A stretch of DNA of 50,734 bases from a bacterium (GCA_041640655.1 JBEPZV010000017.1:1-50734), one strand, 5' to 3'. Counted from the stretch's first letter, positions 31,230 through 42,005 are shown. Notes: generated by a model not told the origin, from the sequence alone. Made by a program: numbers and translations.

Positions 31230-32471
31230 TCATTCCTCGTACCGCTTGAAGAGCAAGGCGGCGTTGGTGCCGCCGAAGCCGAAGGAGTTCGAGAGCGCGT
31301 AGCGGATCTCGGCCCGACGGGCGCGATTCGGCACGTAATCGAGATCGCATTCGGGATCGGGATGCTCGTAGTTGATCGTCGGCGGGAGGATTTGATGATA
31401 GAGGGCCAGGACGGTGATGCCCGCTTCCAGTCCGCCCGCGGCGCCGAGCAGATGTCCCGTCATAGACTTGGTCGAGCTCACGGCGAGCCGATACGCGTGC
31501 TCGCCGAAGACCTGCTTGATCGCGTAGGTCTCCAGCTTGTCGTTGTAGTAGGTCGAGGTGCCGTGCGCGTTGATATAGTCCACCTGGTCGGGAGCGATGC
31601 CGGCATCGCGCAGAGCATACTGCATGACGCGGATGGCGCCATGGGCGTCTTCCGGAGGTTGCGTGATGTGGTAGGCGTCTGCAGACATCCCGTAGCCGAC
31701 GACCTCCGCATAGATGCGCGCCCCTCGCGCCCGGGCGTGCTCCAGGGATTCGAGGACGAGGATCCCCGCTCCCTCGCCGATGACGAATCCATCTCGATCG
31801 CGATCAAAGGGGCGACTGGCGCGCTGCGGTTCCTCGTTGCGCGTCGAGAGCGCGCGCATCGCCGCGAATCCGCCGACGCCCATGGGCGTGACGGCCGCCT
31901 CCGCTCCGCCGCAGATCATCACATCGGCATCGCCGCGCTCGATGATCTTGAAGGCGTCGCCGATGGCGTGCGCGCCCGCCGAACACGCCGTGCACGTGGC
32001 GCTGTTGGGCCCGCGCGCCCCGAATCGGATCGAGACTTGGCCCGCCGCCAGATTCGCGATCGCCGCCGGGATGAAGAAGGGCGAGATCTTCCCCGGCCCT
32101 CCCTCCAGAAACTTCTGGTGCTCGCGCTCGATCACCGAGAAGCCGCCGATCCCCGAGCCGATGTAGACGCCGACGCGTTCGGCGTTCTCCGGAGTGATCT
32201 TCAAGCCTGCGTCGTCCACGGCCTCTTGAGCAGCGGCGATGGCGAAGTGGATGAACGGATCCATCTTCTTGACGTCCTTCTTCTCGATGTACTTCAGCGG
32301 ATCGAAGTTCTTCACCTCTGCCGCGAAGCGCACGGGAAACTGCGAGGCGTCGAAGCGCGTGATGTAATCCACTCCGCTGCGACCTTCGATCAAGCCCCGC
32401 CAGGTCTCCTCCGTCGTGTTGCCGAGGCCGCAGACCAAGCCGATTCCCGTCACAACGACTCGTCGCTTCAC
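31230..32471 (-). CDS. fabF: Beta-ketoacyl-ACP synthase II
   Basis: [38 protein letters not shown]. Confidence 0.97.
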   Translation of the reverse strand: MKRRVVVTGIGLVCGLGNTTEETWRGLIEGRSGVDYITRFDASQFPVRFAAEVKNFDPLKYIEKKDVKKMDPFIHFAIAAAQEAVDDAGLKITPENAERVGVYIGSGIGGFSVIEREHQKFLEGGPGKISPFFIPAAIANLAAGQVSIRFGARGPNSATCTACSAGAHAIGDAFKIIERGDADVMICGGAEAAVTPMGVGGFAAMRALSTRNEEPQRASRPFDRDRDGFVIGEGAGILVLESLEHARARGARIYAEVVGYGMSADAYHITQPPEDAHGAIRVMQYALRDAGIAPDQVDYINAHGTSTYYNDKLETYAIKQVFGEHAYRLAVSSTKSMTGHLLGAAGGLEAGITVLALYHQILPPTINYEHPDPECDLDYVPNRARRAEIRYALSNSFGFGGTNAALLFKRYEE

Positions 32472-32531
32472 GTCTGCCTCCCGTCGCCTCTTCCTCCGTC
32501 CCCGCCTCGTCGGCGAGCGGAGGAGAGTCGC

Positions 32532-32774
<243 letters not shown>

Positions 32775-32849
32775 ACGTCGTTCCTCCTCCTTCGATCATT
32801 GAGTCGTACATTTTACGCTGCCCGGGATCGAACGATCAACGGAGCGGGC

Positions 32850-33593
32850 TCACATATAGAGCCCACCGTTGATGTTGAGGACGTGGCCGGTGATGTAGCC
32901 GGCTTCCTCGGAGGCGAGGAAGACAACCCCGGCCGCCACATCCGCGCCCGTCCCCATGCGTTGAAGGGGGATGAGGGCGAGCATCTGTTGGCGCACCTCG
33001 TCGCTCAAGGCGCGCGTCATGGCCGTGTCAATGAATCCGGGAGCGACCGCGTTGACCGTGATGTTGCGCGAGGCGACCTCGCGGGCGAGCGCTTTGGTGA
33101 AACCGATGATGCCCGCCTTCGCGGCCGCATAATTGGCGACCCCCGCATTGCCCATCTGCCCCATGACCGACGTGATGTTGATGATCCGGCCATAGCGCGC
33201 GCGCAGCATCGCCGGGAGCACGGCCTGACAGCAGAGGAAGACGCTCGTCAGATTCGTCTGCAAAACGAGGTCCCAATCCTCGCGCTTCATCCGCAGCAGT
33301 AGGGCATCGCGCGTGATGCCCGCATTGTTGACCAGAATGTCAATCCGCTGCCATTCGGCGAGCACGCGCGCGACAGCCGCCTTCACCTGTTCGGCCTCGG
33401 TCACATCCGTGGGGAGAGCCAACGCGCGCCGTCCGCGATGGCGAATCTCCTCGGCCACAGCCTCCAGCTTCTCGCGCGTGCGCGCCAGTAGCGCGACATC
33501 AGCCCCATGCTCGGCCAACGCGAGCGCGCAGTCCCGGCCGATGCCTTGCGAGGCTCCCGTGACAATGGCGACGCGTCCATCCAAGCGAATCAC
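32850..33593 (-). CDS. fabG: 3-oxoacyl-ACP reductase
   Basis: TGASQGIG, NNAGITRD, YAAAK; operon context. Confidence 0.96.
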   Translation of the reverse strand: MIRLDGRVAIVTGASQGIGRDCALALAEHGADVALLARTREKLEAVAEEIRHRGRRALALPTDVTEAEQVKAAVARVLAEWQRIDILVNNAGITRDALLLRMKREDWDLVLQTNLTSVFLCCQAVLPAMLRARYGRIINITSVMGQMGNAGVANYAAAKAGIIGFTKALAREVASRNITVNAVAPGFIDTAMTRALSDEVRQQMLALIPLQRMGTGADVAAGVVFLASEEAGYITGHVLNINGGLYM

Positions 33594-34525
33594 GCGCCCA
33601 GCTCCTTGAGGGTCTCCTCCAGCGACGCCGGATCTTCGACGGCCAAGGTTCGGACGGAACGATCAATCGCCCGGATGAGACCGGAGAGCACGCGTCCCGG
33701 TCCGACCTCGATGAATGTCGTGACGCCCTCGGCCAGGAGGCGTCGGACCGATTCCTCCCATCGCACCGGGCGCGAGACCTGCCGGCGCAGGCCATCGCGG
33801 GCGGCCTCTCCCGAGGTGATGAGCGCCGCATCCACGTTGTTCACAAGCGGAATGGTCAGGTCGGCGAACGCCACGCGGGCCAAGTCCTCGGCCAAGCGTT
33901 CCTCGGCCGGTCGCATCAGGGCGCAATGAAACGGCGCGCTCACCGGGAGCAAGACCGCGCGGCGAGCCCCACGCTCGCGCGCGAGCGCGATGGCCCGCTC
34001 GACGGCCGCCGTGTGCCCGGCGATCACGATCTGCTGCGGCGAGTTGAAATTGGCCGGCGCGCAGACCTGGCCGTGAGCTGCTTCGCGGCAGACGCGCTCG
34101 ACGATCTCAGCCGAAGCCCCCAGGATCGCGGCCATCGCCCCCTGTCCCAGAGGGACGGCCTCTTGCATGTATTGACCGCGGCGACGCACGAGCACGACAG
34201 CCTCCTCAAAGGCGAGCGACCCCGCCGCGCAGAGCGCCGTATATTCGCCCAAGCTGTGCCCGGCCACGAAGTCCGGGCGCACTCCCGCTTGCTCCAGGAC
34301 ACGATAGCAGGCGAAGGAGACCGTCAGGATCGCCGGTTGCGTGTTCTCCGTTCGCTTCAACTCTTCCTCATCGCCTTCAAAACACAGCCGGCTGAGCGGG
34401 AATCCGAGCGCCGCATCCGCGCGCTCGAACGTCTCCTGCGCGATCGGATAGACTTCGGCCATCTGACGGCCCATCCCGCGATATTGCGACCCCTGGCCAG
34501 GGAAGACGCATGCGATTCGACTCAT
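33590..34525 (-). CDS. fabD: Malonyl-CoA:ACP transacylase
   Basis: FPGQGSQ, GHSLGEY, VSAPFH. Confidence 0.96.
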   Translation of the reverse strand: MSRIACVFPGQGSQYRGMGRQMAEVYPIAQETFERADAALGFPLSRLCFEGDEEELKRTENTQPAILTVSFACYRVLEQAGVRPDFVAGHSLGEYTALCAAGSLAFEEAVVLVRRRGQYMQEAVPLGQGAMAAILGASAEIVERVCREAAHGQVCAPANFNSPQQIVIAGHTAAVERAIALARERGARRAVLLPVSAPFHCALMRPAEERLAEDLARVAFADLTIPLVNNVDAALITSGEAARDGLRRQVSRPVRWEESVRRLLAEGVTTFIEVGPGRVLSGLIRAIDRSVRTLAVEDPASLEETLKELGA

Positions 34526-34533
34526 CCGATCCC

Positions 34534-35520
34534 TCACCATCGGAGAATAGCCGCGCCGAAGGTGACACCCGCTCCAAAGCTCGCCATCATGAGCAGATCA
34601 CCCGGCTTCACTCGGCCCGAGCGTACGCACTCGTCAAGTGCGATGGGAATGGACGCTGAGGAAGTGTTCCCCACACGATGAATGTTCGAATAGACCTTCT
34701 CCAGGGGAAGTCCCAGGCGCTCGGCCACAGCTTCCGTGATGCGTTGATTCGCCTGGTGGGGGATGAAGAGATCAATGTCGCTCGGAGACATGCGCAGGTC
34801 ATCGAGCACCTGGCGCGAGATCTCCTCCATACTCCGCACAGCGACTTTGAACAATTCGTTCCCGCGCATCTTGATATAGTGAAGACGGTTGGTCACGGTC
34901 TCGATCGAAGCGGGATAGCGGGTTCCTCCACCGGGCGTGTAGAGATACTCCACGTAATCCCCATCGCTTTGAATCCGCGCCGCCAGCAACCCGCGCCCAT
35001 CTTCGACCGGTTGGATGACGGCGGCTCCCGCCCCGTCTCCGAAGATGACGCACGTCGAACGATCCGTATAGTCCACGTATCGCGTGAGCAATTCCGCGCC
35101 GATGAGGAGGATGGTGCGCGCCCGCCCGGCCTTGATCATCCCTTCGGCGAGCGCCAATCCGTAGATGAAGCCCGAGCAGGCGGCGGCCATGTCGAAGGCG
35201 GCCGCGCGCTTCGCTCCCAGAAGCGACTGGATGATGCAGGCCGTCGCCGGAAGCGCCATGTCCGGGCAGACTGTCGCGCAGATGATGACATCCAAGTCCT
35301 TCGCCTCCACGCCCGCCATCTCCAGAGCCTGTCGCGCGGCGCGCGCCGCCAGCGTCGAGGTGTATTCGTCCGGACGCGCCTTGCGCCGCTCCTTGATCCC
35401 CGTGCGCGTGGAGATCCATTCGTCAGATGTGTCCACGATCTTCTCCAGATCGGCATTCGTGATGACCTCTTCCGGGAGAGCATGCCCGGTTCCCGTAATT
35501 CCCACACTCACCATCCTCAT
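34534..35520 (-). CDS. fabH: Beta-ketoacyl-ACP synthase III
   Basis: DTSDEWI, AACSGF, PHQAN, GNTSSAS; RBS before ATG 35520. Confidence 0.96.
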   Translation of the reverse strand: MRMVSVGITGTGHALPEEVITNADLEKIVDTSDEWISTRTGIKERRKARPDEYTSTLAARAARQALEMAGVEAKDLDVIICATVCPDMALPATACIIQSLLGAKRAAAFDMAAACSGFIYGLALAEGMIKAGRARTILLIGAELLTRYVDYTDRSTCVIFGDGAGAAVIQPVEDGRGLLAARIQSDGDYVEYLYTPGGGTRYPASIETVTNRLHYIKMRGNELFKVAVRSMEEISRQVLDDLRMSPSDIDLFIPHQANQRITEAVAERLGLPLEKVYSNIHRVGNTSSASIPIALDECVRSGRVKPGDLLMMASFGAGVTFGAAILRW

Positions 35521-35579
35521 GATCCCCCTCCCTTGAGCGAAATCCCAAGGCCGAAGAGCCTGCACTTCGGGACATCTCT

Positions 35580-36614
35580 TCACTGGGTCTCAACGCGCTC
35601 ACGGACCTCGTCCTCTTGAATCCTGAGGATCTCCCGCTCGATTTGAGCCGGGGCGCGACGCTCGACCAGCTCCGCGGCGATGCGAATGGCATTTTTGATC
35701 GCGCGGCCATCGGAACGGCCGTGGCAGATCAAGCAGACATGCCGGACGCCCAACAGCGGCGCGCCTCCGGACTCGAAATAATCGAAGCGCCGTCGGAAGC
35801 GATCGAAGGCCGGACGCGCCAGCCATGCGCCCAGTCGTGTCCGCAACGTGCGCCCCAATTCCTGCCGCAGGCCCGCGCGCAGCAGATCGAACACCCCTTC
35901 GCTCGTCTTCAAGATGATGTTGCCCGTGAACCCATCGCAGACGATGACATCCACGTCCCCCATGTAAATGTTCTGCCCCTCGACGTTCCCGACAAAATGC
36001 AAGCCCGAGCGCTCCAAACGCTTATAGGCCTCGCGCGTCAGCTCGTTCCCCTTGGCCTCTTCTTCGCCAATGGAGACCAGTCCAATACGAGGCGAGGCGA
36101 TCCCCAGGATCAAGCGCGCGTAGATGTCGCCCATGATGGCGAATTGCACCAGATGCAGGGGACGACATTCGGCATTGGCCCCAACGTCAATTAAGACCGC
36201 CTTGCCTCCGGTGAACGTGGGCAGGACCGCGGCCAGCGCCGGACGATCAATCGGCCCAAGCGTCTTCAGGATCATCTTCGCCGCCGCCATGATCGCCCCC
36301 GTGTTGCCCGCGCTCACAAACGCGTGTCCCCGTCCTTCTTGGACAAGTCGCAGGCCGACGTGAATGGTTGAGTCGCGCTTTCGGCGAAGAGCTTGGGCCA
36401 CCGGCTCGTCCGGGGCGATGGTCTCTGGAGCGTGGACAAGTTCCAGGCGCGCCTGGCTCGTGTCCCCGAAGCGTCGCACGTGCTCGCGCAGCTCCGCCTC
36501 GGGCCCCACGAGCGTGATGGCGATGCCCAATTCGCGCGCGGCGCGCACAGCCCCCTCTACTTCCGGCAGGGGCGCTCGATCGCTCCCCATTGCGTCGAGC
36601 ACGACGCGCAGCAT
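35580..36614 (-). CDS. plsX: Phosphate acyltransferase
   Basis: LDAMGSD, SAGNTGA, IDRPAL, DVGAN, CDGFTGN. Confidence 0.96.
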   Translation of the reverse strand: MLRVVLDAMGSDRAPLPEVEGAVRAARELGIAITLVGPEAELREHVRRFGDTSQARLELVHAPETIAPDEPVAQALRRKRDSTIHVGLRLVQEGRGHAFVSAGNTGAIMAAAKMILKTLGPIDRPALAAVLPTFTGGKAVLIDVGANAECRPLHLVQFAIMGDIYARLILGIASPRIGLVSIGEEEAKGNELTREAYKRLERSGLHFVGNVEGQNIYMGDVDVIVCDGFTGNIILKTSEGVFDLLRAGLRQELGRTLRTRLGAWLARPAFDRFRRRFDYFESGGAPLLGVRHVCLICHGRSDGRAIKNAIRIAAELVERRAPAQIEREILRIQEDEVRERVETQ

Positions 36615-36620
36615 ATCCGG

Positions 36621-36800
36621 CTACTCTCTCACGGGGATGATCTCGCGCCCGTTATAGTATCCGCAGCGGGGACAGACACGATGCGGCAACACCGGCTCCC
36701 GGCACTGCGAGCAGGTGGTGAGATTCGGGGGCGTCAGCGCATCGTGAGCCCGCCGTTTCCCCCGACGCGATTTCGAGTGACGACGCTTGGGATTCGGCAT
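36621..36800 (-). CDS. rpmF: 50S ribosomal protein L32, zinc-binding form (below the ORF-track cutoff)
   Basis: Translates to MPNPKRRHSKSRRGKRRAHDALTPPNLTTCSQCREPVLPHRVCPRCGYYNGREIIPVRE (59 aa); RBS GAGGAGG. Confidence 0.97.
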   Translation of the reverse strand: MPNPKRRHSKSRRGKRRAHDALTPPNLTTCSQCREPVLPHRVCPRCGYYNGREIIPVRE

Positions 36801-36855
36801 CGCGACACACCCTCCTCTTGTTGTCTCGCCGCGCGCTCTGGGCGCGCACGCCGCG

Positions 36856-37386
36856 TCACACCCCTTCCATCCGTCTCTTCAGCTCCCACAGGGCGGCCCA
36901 GCGCGCGTCCCACTCCTGCGGCGCGCAACGACACGCTTCGTGATTCAGATCCGCTCCACAGTGCGGACACAGTCCGCGACAATCCTCCCGACATAGGAGT
37001 CGGAAGGGAAGCGCCAGGCGAATCTGCTCCCGCACGAGCGCATCAATGTCAATCCGCTCCCCTTGGTAGAATCCGAACCTGAGGTCACGTTCGGTCAGCT
37101 CGACCTCCTCCTCCGGCTTCAGGACCTCGATCGGAGCATAGAAGACGTCGAAGTCCGGGCGCACCGGGAGTCGAAACGCGCTCAAGCACCGATCGCATCG
37201 GACCTCGATCTCCGTCTCGATCCGCCCTTCGATGCGGATCTCCACGCCGAGTCGCTGCAGTCGAAAGCGCACACGCGGTGGGGCGCACAGCGCGATCTCC
37301 GCATCCTCCAGGTCGAGCTCCCCGACCGCGTATTCATGCTCGACGCAGAGTTCATCTTGTTCCAGTTGCGCGAGATCTACATACAT
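36856..37386 (-). CDS. yceD: DUF177/YceD family protein
   Basis: CDRCL, LCREDCRGLCPHCGADLN, RWAAL; upstream of rpmF. Confidence 0.93.
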   Translation of the reverse strand: MYVDLAQLEQDELCVEHEYAVGELDLEDAEIALCAPPRVRFRLQRLGVEIRIEGRIETEIEVRCDRCLSAFRLPVRPDFDVFYAPIEVLKPEEEVELTERDLRFGFYQGERIDIDALVREQIRLALPFRLLCREDCRGLCPHCGADLNHEACRCAPQEWDARWAALWELKRRMEGV

Positions 37387-37401
37387 GTGCGAAAGCCCCG
37401 A

Positions 37402-37429
37402 ATTATACTCGACCGCTGCCTCGTGTCAA
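37402..37429 (-). promoter_or_regulatory. Consensus sigma70 promoter of the yceD-rpmF-fab operon
   Basis: TTGACA-16 nt-TATAAT on the minus strand. Confidence 0.8.
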
Positions 37430-37520
37430 CCGACGGCGTTCCATGGCTTGTGACCGCTCCGGCGACGGCCTTTAGGTTATCAGAAAAGCCCGAGAAGTTC
37501 AATGGGGGAGGATGGATGTC

Positions 37521-37549
37521 TTGACCATGGCGCGGACTGCCCGTATCAT
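37521..37549 (+). promoter_or_regulatory. Sigma70 promoter of pyrC
   Basis: TTGACC-17 nt-TATCAT, 9 nt before the ATG. Confidence 0.7.
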
Positions 37550-37558
37550 TGCCCCCCG

Positions 37559-38842
37559 ATGCGCGTGGTGATCAAGTCGGGGCTCATCGTGGATCCCTCG
37601 CAACAGTTGGAGATGAGAGGAGACCTCCTCGTGGAAGAGGGGGTCATTCGAGAGATCGCTCCGGAGATCTCGATCGCCGATGCTGACATCTTCGATGCGC
37701 GCGGATGTATCGTCGCCCCCGGATTCATTGACCTCCACGTCCACTTGCGCGAGCCGGGTCGGGAGGACGTGGAGACCATCGAGACGGGCACACAGGCGGC
37801 GGCCGCGGGCGGGTTCACGGCCGTTTGCGCCATGCCCAACACTCAGCCCGTCAACGATAATCGCGCCGTGACGCGCTTCATCGTGGAACGTGCTCGTGAG
37901 GTCGGCGCCGCGCGCGTCTACCCCATCGGCGCCATCACCCGAGGGCTCCAGGGAGAGACACTGGCCGAGATCGGCGAGATGCGAGAGGCCGGCATCATCG
38001 CCATCAGTGATGATGGGCAGCCCGTCATGAACGCTCAGGTCATGCGCCGCGCCATGGAATACGCGCGGCAATTGGAGATCCCTGTCATTGATCATTGCGA
38101 GGATAAGAACCTCTCGGCCGGAGGGGTCATGAATGAGGGCCTTTGGTCCCTGAGGTTGGGATTGAAGGGCATACCCGCCGCTGCTGAGGAGGTGCACGTC
38201 GCGCGAGACATCATCTTGGCCGAGCTCACCGGCGCCCACGTGCACTTGGCCCATCTGAGCACTGCCCTCTCCATTGAGCTCGTGCGCCAGGCCAAGCGGC
38301 GCGGCGTGCGGGTCACCTGCGAGGTCACCCCTCACCATTTCACGCTCACTGAGGAGGCCGTCCGCGACTATGACACCCATGCTAAGATGAACCCCCCGTT
38401 GCGGACAGAGCGCGATGTCCAGGCGATCCGCGAAGCTCTCGCCGACGGGACCATTGACGCTATCGCCACAGACCACGCTCCCCACCATCCCGATGAGAAA
38501 GCGCTTGAATTCGACCGCGCTCCTTTCGGCATCGTCGGTTTGGAGACGGCCGTCAGCCTCGCCTTGGACCGCCTCGTGCATGCGGGCGTGATCAGCTGGA
38601 TGCGCTTGGTCGCGCTGTTCTCGACTAATCCGGCCCGCATCGCTCATCTTCCCGGGGGGACCCTGAAGCCGGGTGCGGTCGCCGATATCACCATTCTGGA
38701 TCCAATGCGCCCGTTCATCGTCCGAGCCGAACGATTCCGCTCCAAGGGCCGAAACACACCGTTTGAGGGATGGCAGCTCACCGGAGCCGTGCGCGCGACC
38801 CTTGTGGCCGGCCGCTTCGTCTATCGCGCGGATACCCCATGA
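37559..38842 (+). CDS. pyrC: Dihydroorotase
   Basis: [36 protein letters not shown]. Confidence 0.96.
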   Translation: MRVVIKSGLIVDPSQQLEMRGDLLVEEGVIREIAPEISIADADIFDARGCIVAPGFIDLHVHLREPGREDVETIETGTQAAAAGGFTAVCAMPNTQPVNDNRAVTRFIVERAREVGAARVYPIGAITRGLQGETLAEIGEMREAGIIAISDDGQPVMNAQVMRRAMEYARQLEIPVIDHCEDKNLSAGGVMNEGLWSLRLGLKGIPAAAEEVHVARDIILAELTGAHVHLAHLSTALSIELVRQAKRRGVRVTCEVTPHHFTLTEEAVRDYDTHAKMNPPLRTERDVQAIREALADGTIDAIATDHAPHHPDEKALEFDRAPFGIVGLETAVSLALDRLVHAGVISWMRLVALFSTNPARIAHLPGGTLKPGAVADITILDPMRPFIVRAERFRSKGRNTPFEGWQLTGAVRATLVAGRFVYRADTP

Positions 38843-38856
38843 GCCGTTCACCCTCT

Positions 38857-39417
38857 TCAGCGCCTTCGCTTCAACATCCGCCGGAGCCGAAGCCGCGCTT
38901 TGTGAAGCTGCGATTTCGTCGTCCCCACGGTGACCCCTAACATCCGCGCGATCTCCTCGTGCCCGTAACCCTCAAGGTCATGGAGCACCAGGATCGTACG
39001 ATAGCCAATGGGCAGCGCCATCAGTGCTCTCTCCAGCGCGATCCGATCTACGATCCGGGACATCCCGTCGTCAGCTCGGTGCGCCTCCAAGAGAGCCTTC
39101 AGCTCCGTGTCATCCATCGGCTCATAGTTTGGCCGCCGCCTTCGAAGATGCATCAGAACCAAGTTCACCGTCAGCCGATGAAGCCATGTCGTGAAGGCCG
39201 AGTCCCCTCGAAAGCTCGAGATCTTTCGATAGAGGTGCAGGAAGACCTCCTGCGTCAGATCCTCCGCGTCCGCTACGTTCCCAACGAGCCGCAAACACAA
39301 GGAATAGACCCGTCGGTGATACGTCTGGTAGAGTCGCTCGAACGCTTCCATCTCCCCTTGGGCCGAAGCCCGGGCTAGCTCCAAATCCGATACGAGGTGA
39401 GCCGCTGCTGTCGCCAT
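38857..39417 (-). CDS. ECF-family RNA polymerase sigma factor
   Basis: Region 2 DAEDLTQEVF...FTTWLHRL; region 4 EEIARMLGVTVGTTKSQLHKAR. Confidence 0.95.
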   Translation of the reverse strand: MATAAAHLVSDLELARASAQGEMEAFERLYQTYHRRVYSLCLRLVGNVADAEDLTQEVFLHLYRKISSFRGDSAFTTWLHRLTVNLVLMHLRRRRPNYEPMDDTELKALLEAHRADDGMSRIVDRIALERALMALPIGYRTILVLHDLEGYGHEEIARMLGVTVGTTKSQLHKARLRLRRMLKRRR

Positions 39418-39446
39418 ATCCCTTCGCCCTCCTGTAGTGCGAAAGT

Positions 39447-39470
39447 GGGGACTCCCACAGGGGAGTCCCC
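39447..39470. terminator. Perfect 10-bp inverted repeat between the micropeptides and the ECF gene
   Basis: GGGGACTCCC-ACAG-GGGAGTCCCC; on the minus strand it is followed by ACTTT, a weak U-tract. Confidence 0.55.
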
Positions 39471-39538
39471 GGAGGAGGTCTATGAAGAAGCTCCTCGCTT
39501 TGAGCGTCGGTGTATACTCGAACTAAGCATCAGACGCC

Positions 39539-39637
39539 TCAGGGCATCGGACACTGTCCAGATCCTAAAAGCGCTGCCAGTGCCAATAGCGCCAAAAGAA
39601 GCGCTGCCAAATCGAGCTGTCCATTTTGGATCCTCAT
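39539..39637 (-). CDS. Hydrophobic micropeptide 2, 32 aa: MRIQNGQLDLAALLLALLALAALLGSGQCPMP
   Basis: RBS AAAGGAGG; paralogous to the neighbouring peptide with many synonymous differences. Confidence 0.8.
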   Translation of the reverse strand: MRIQNGQLDLAALLLALLALAALLGSGQCPMP

Positions 39638-39682
39638 GGTCCCTTCCTCCTTTCTTGGGATTTCAGAAGCCCATTGGGCTCC

Positions 39683-39793
39683 TCATTGCGTCACCCCTGG
39701 GATTGGGCACGAGCCGCCTCCCAGGAGCTGCAAAGCAGCGAGCAACGCCAAAAGCAGCGTCGCTAAATCGAGTTGTCCGCTCTCTCGTCTCAT
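39683..39793 (-). CDS. Hydrophobic micropeptide 1, 36 aa: MRRESGQLDLATLLLALLAALQLLGGGSCPIPGVTQ
   Basis: RBS AAGGAGG; promoter directly upstream; paralogous to peptide 2. Confidence 0.8.
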   Translation of the reverse strand: MRRESGQLDLATLLLALLAALQLLGGGSCPIPGVTQ

Positions 39794-39831
39794 AGCCTCC
39801 CCTCCTTGTTCATTTTTCAAACAGCGCTGTA

Positions 39832-39859
39832 AGTATAGCATAGTTTCTCTAAAAGTCAA
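39832..39859 (-). promoter_or_regulatory. Promoter for the micropeptide pair
   Basis: TTGACT-16 nt-TATACT with an extended -10 TG and an AT-rich upstream tract. Confidence 0.72.
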
Positions 39860-39948
39860 GATGTAAAATTAACAGAAGATTGGTTAACTAAAATTAATAA
39901 AAGCACGCTGTCCCTTGCTGCCGAGTTGTGGCCGTGAAAGGGCACATC

Positions 39949-39977
39949 TTGACAGTATGGGACGCAGATTATATAAT
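39949..39977 (+). promoter_or_regulatory. Perfect consensus sigma70 promoter of groESL
   Basis: TTGACA-17 nt-TATAAT. Confidence 0.85.
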
Positions 39978-40029
39978 TCCAACCGAATCAAGTTTGGGCG
40001 ATGAGAAAATTTCGATGCAGGAGGTGGGT

Positions 40030-40353
40030 ATGGCCTTGAACATTCGTCCCTTGCACGATCGTGTGGTCGTGAAACGGTTGGAGGAAGAGGAGCAAGTCCG
40101 TGGCGGGATCATCATCCCGGATACGGCCAAGGAGAAACCGCAGCAAGGTGAAGTTGTCGCCGTGGGGAACGGGAAGATTTTGGAGAATGGCACCAAGATT
40201 CCCCTCGATGTGAAAGTTGGGGATCGGGTGCTCTTTGGCAAGTATGCGGGTACGGAGGTACGGATTGATGACGAGGAATACCTGATCATGCGCGAGGATG
40301 AAATCCTCGCGGTGATCGAAGTCGCCTCTAAGGCCAAGTCGGCCGGCAAATGA
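40030..40353 (+). CDS. groES: Co-chaperonin GroES
   Basis: [38 protein letters not shown] before ATG 40030. Confidence 0.98.
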   Translation: MALNIRPLHDRVVVKRLEEEEQVRGGIIIPDTAKEKPQQGEVVAVGNGKILENGTKIPLDVKVGDRVLFGKYAGTEVRIDDEEYLIMREDEILAVIEVASKAKSAGK

Positions 40354-40374
40354 AAATTCTCATGGAGGAGGTAG

Positions 40375-42000
<1,626 letters not shown>

Positions 42001-42005
42001 GGATG

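Noticed and set aside
36652..36849. ORF-track 65-aa ORF at the rpmF position
   Set aside because: Wrong frame; L32 is encoded at 36621-36800.
39539..39793. Micropeptides as lipoproteins or canonical Flp pilins
   Set aside because: GGS-C and SGQ-C do not fit the lipobox, and the Flp E5-Y6 motif is absent.
39397..39866. Plus-strand ORFs 39397-39795 and 39510-39866 with an internal repeat
   Set aside because: They have no RBS or motif. The repeat is explained by the two minus-strand peptides, which have RBSs and a promoter.
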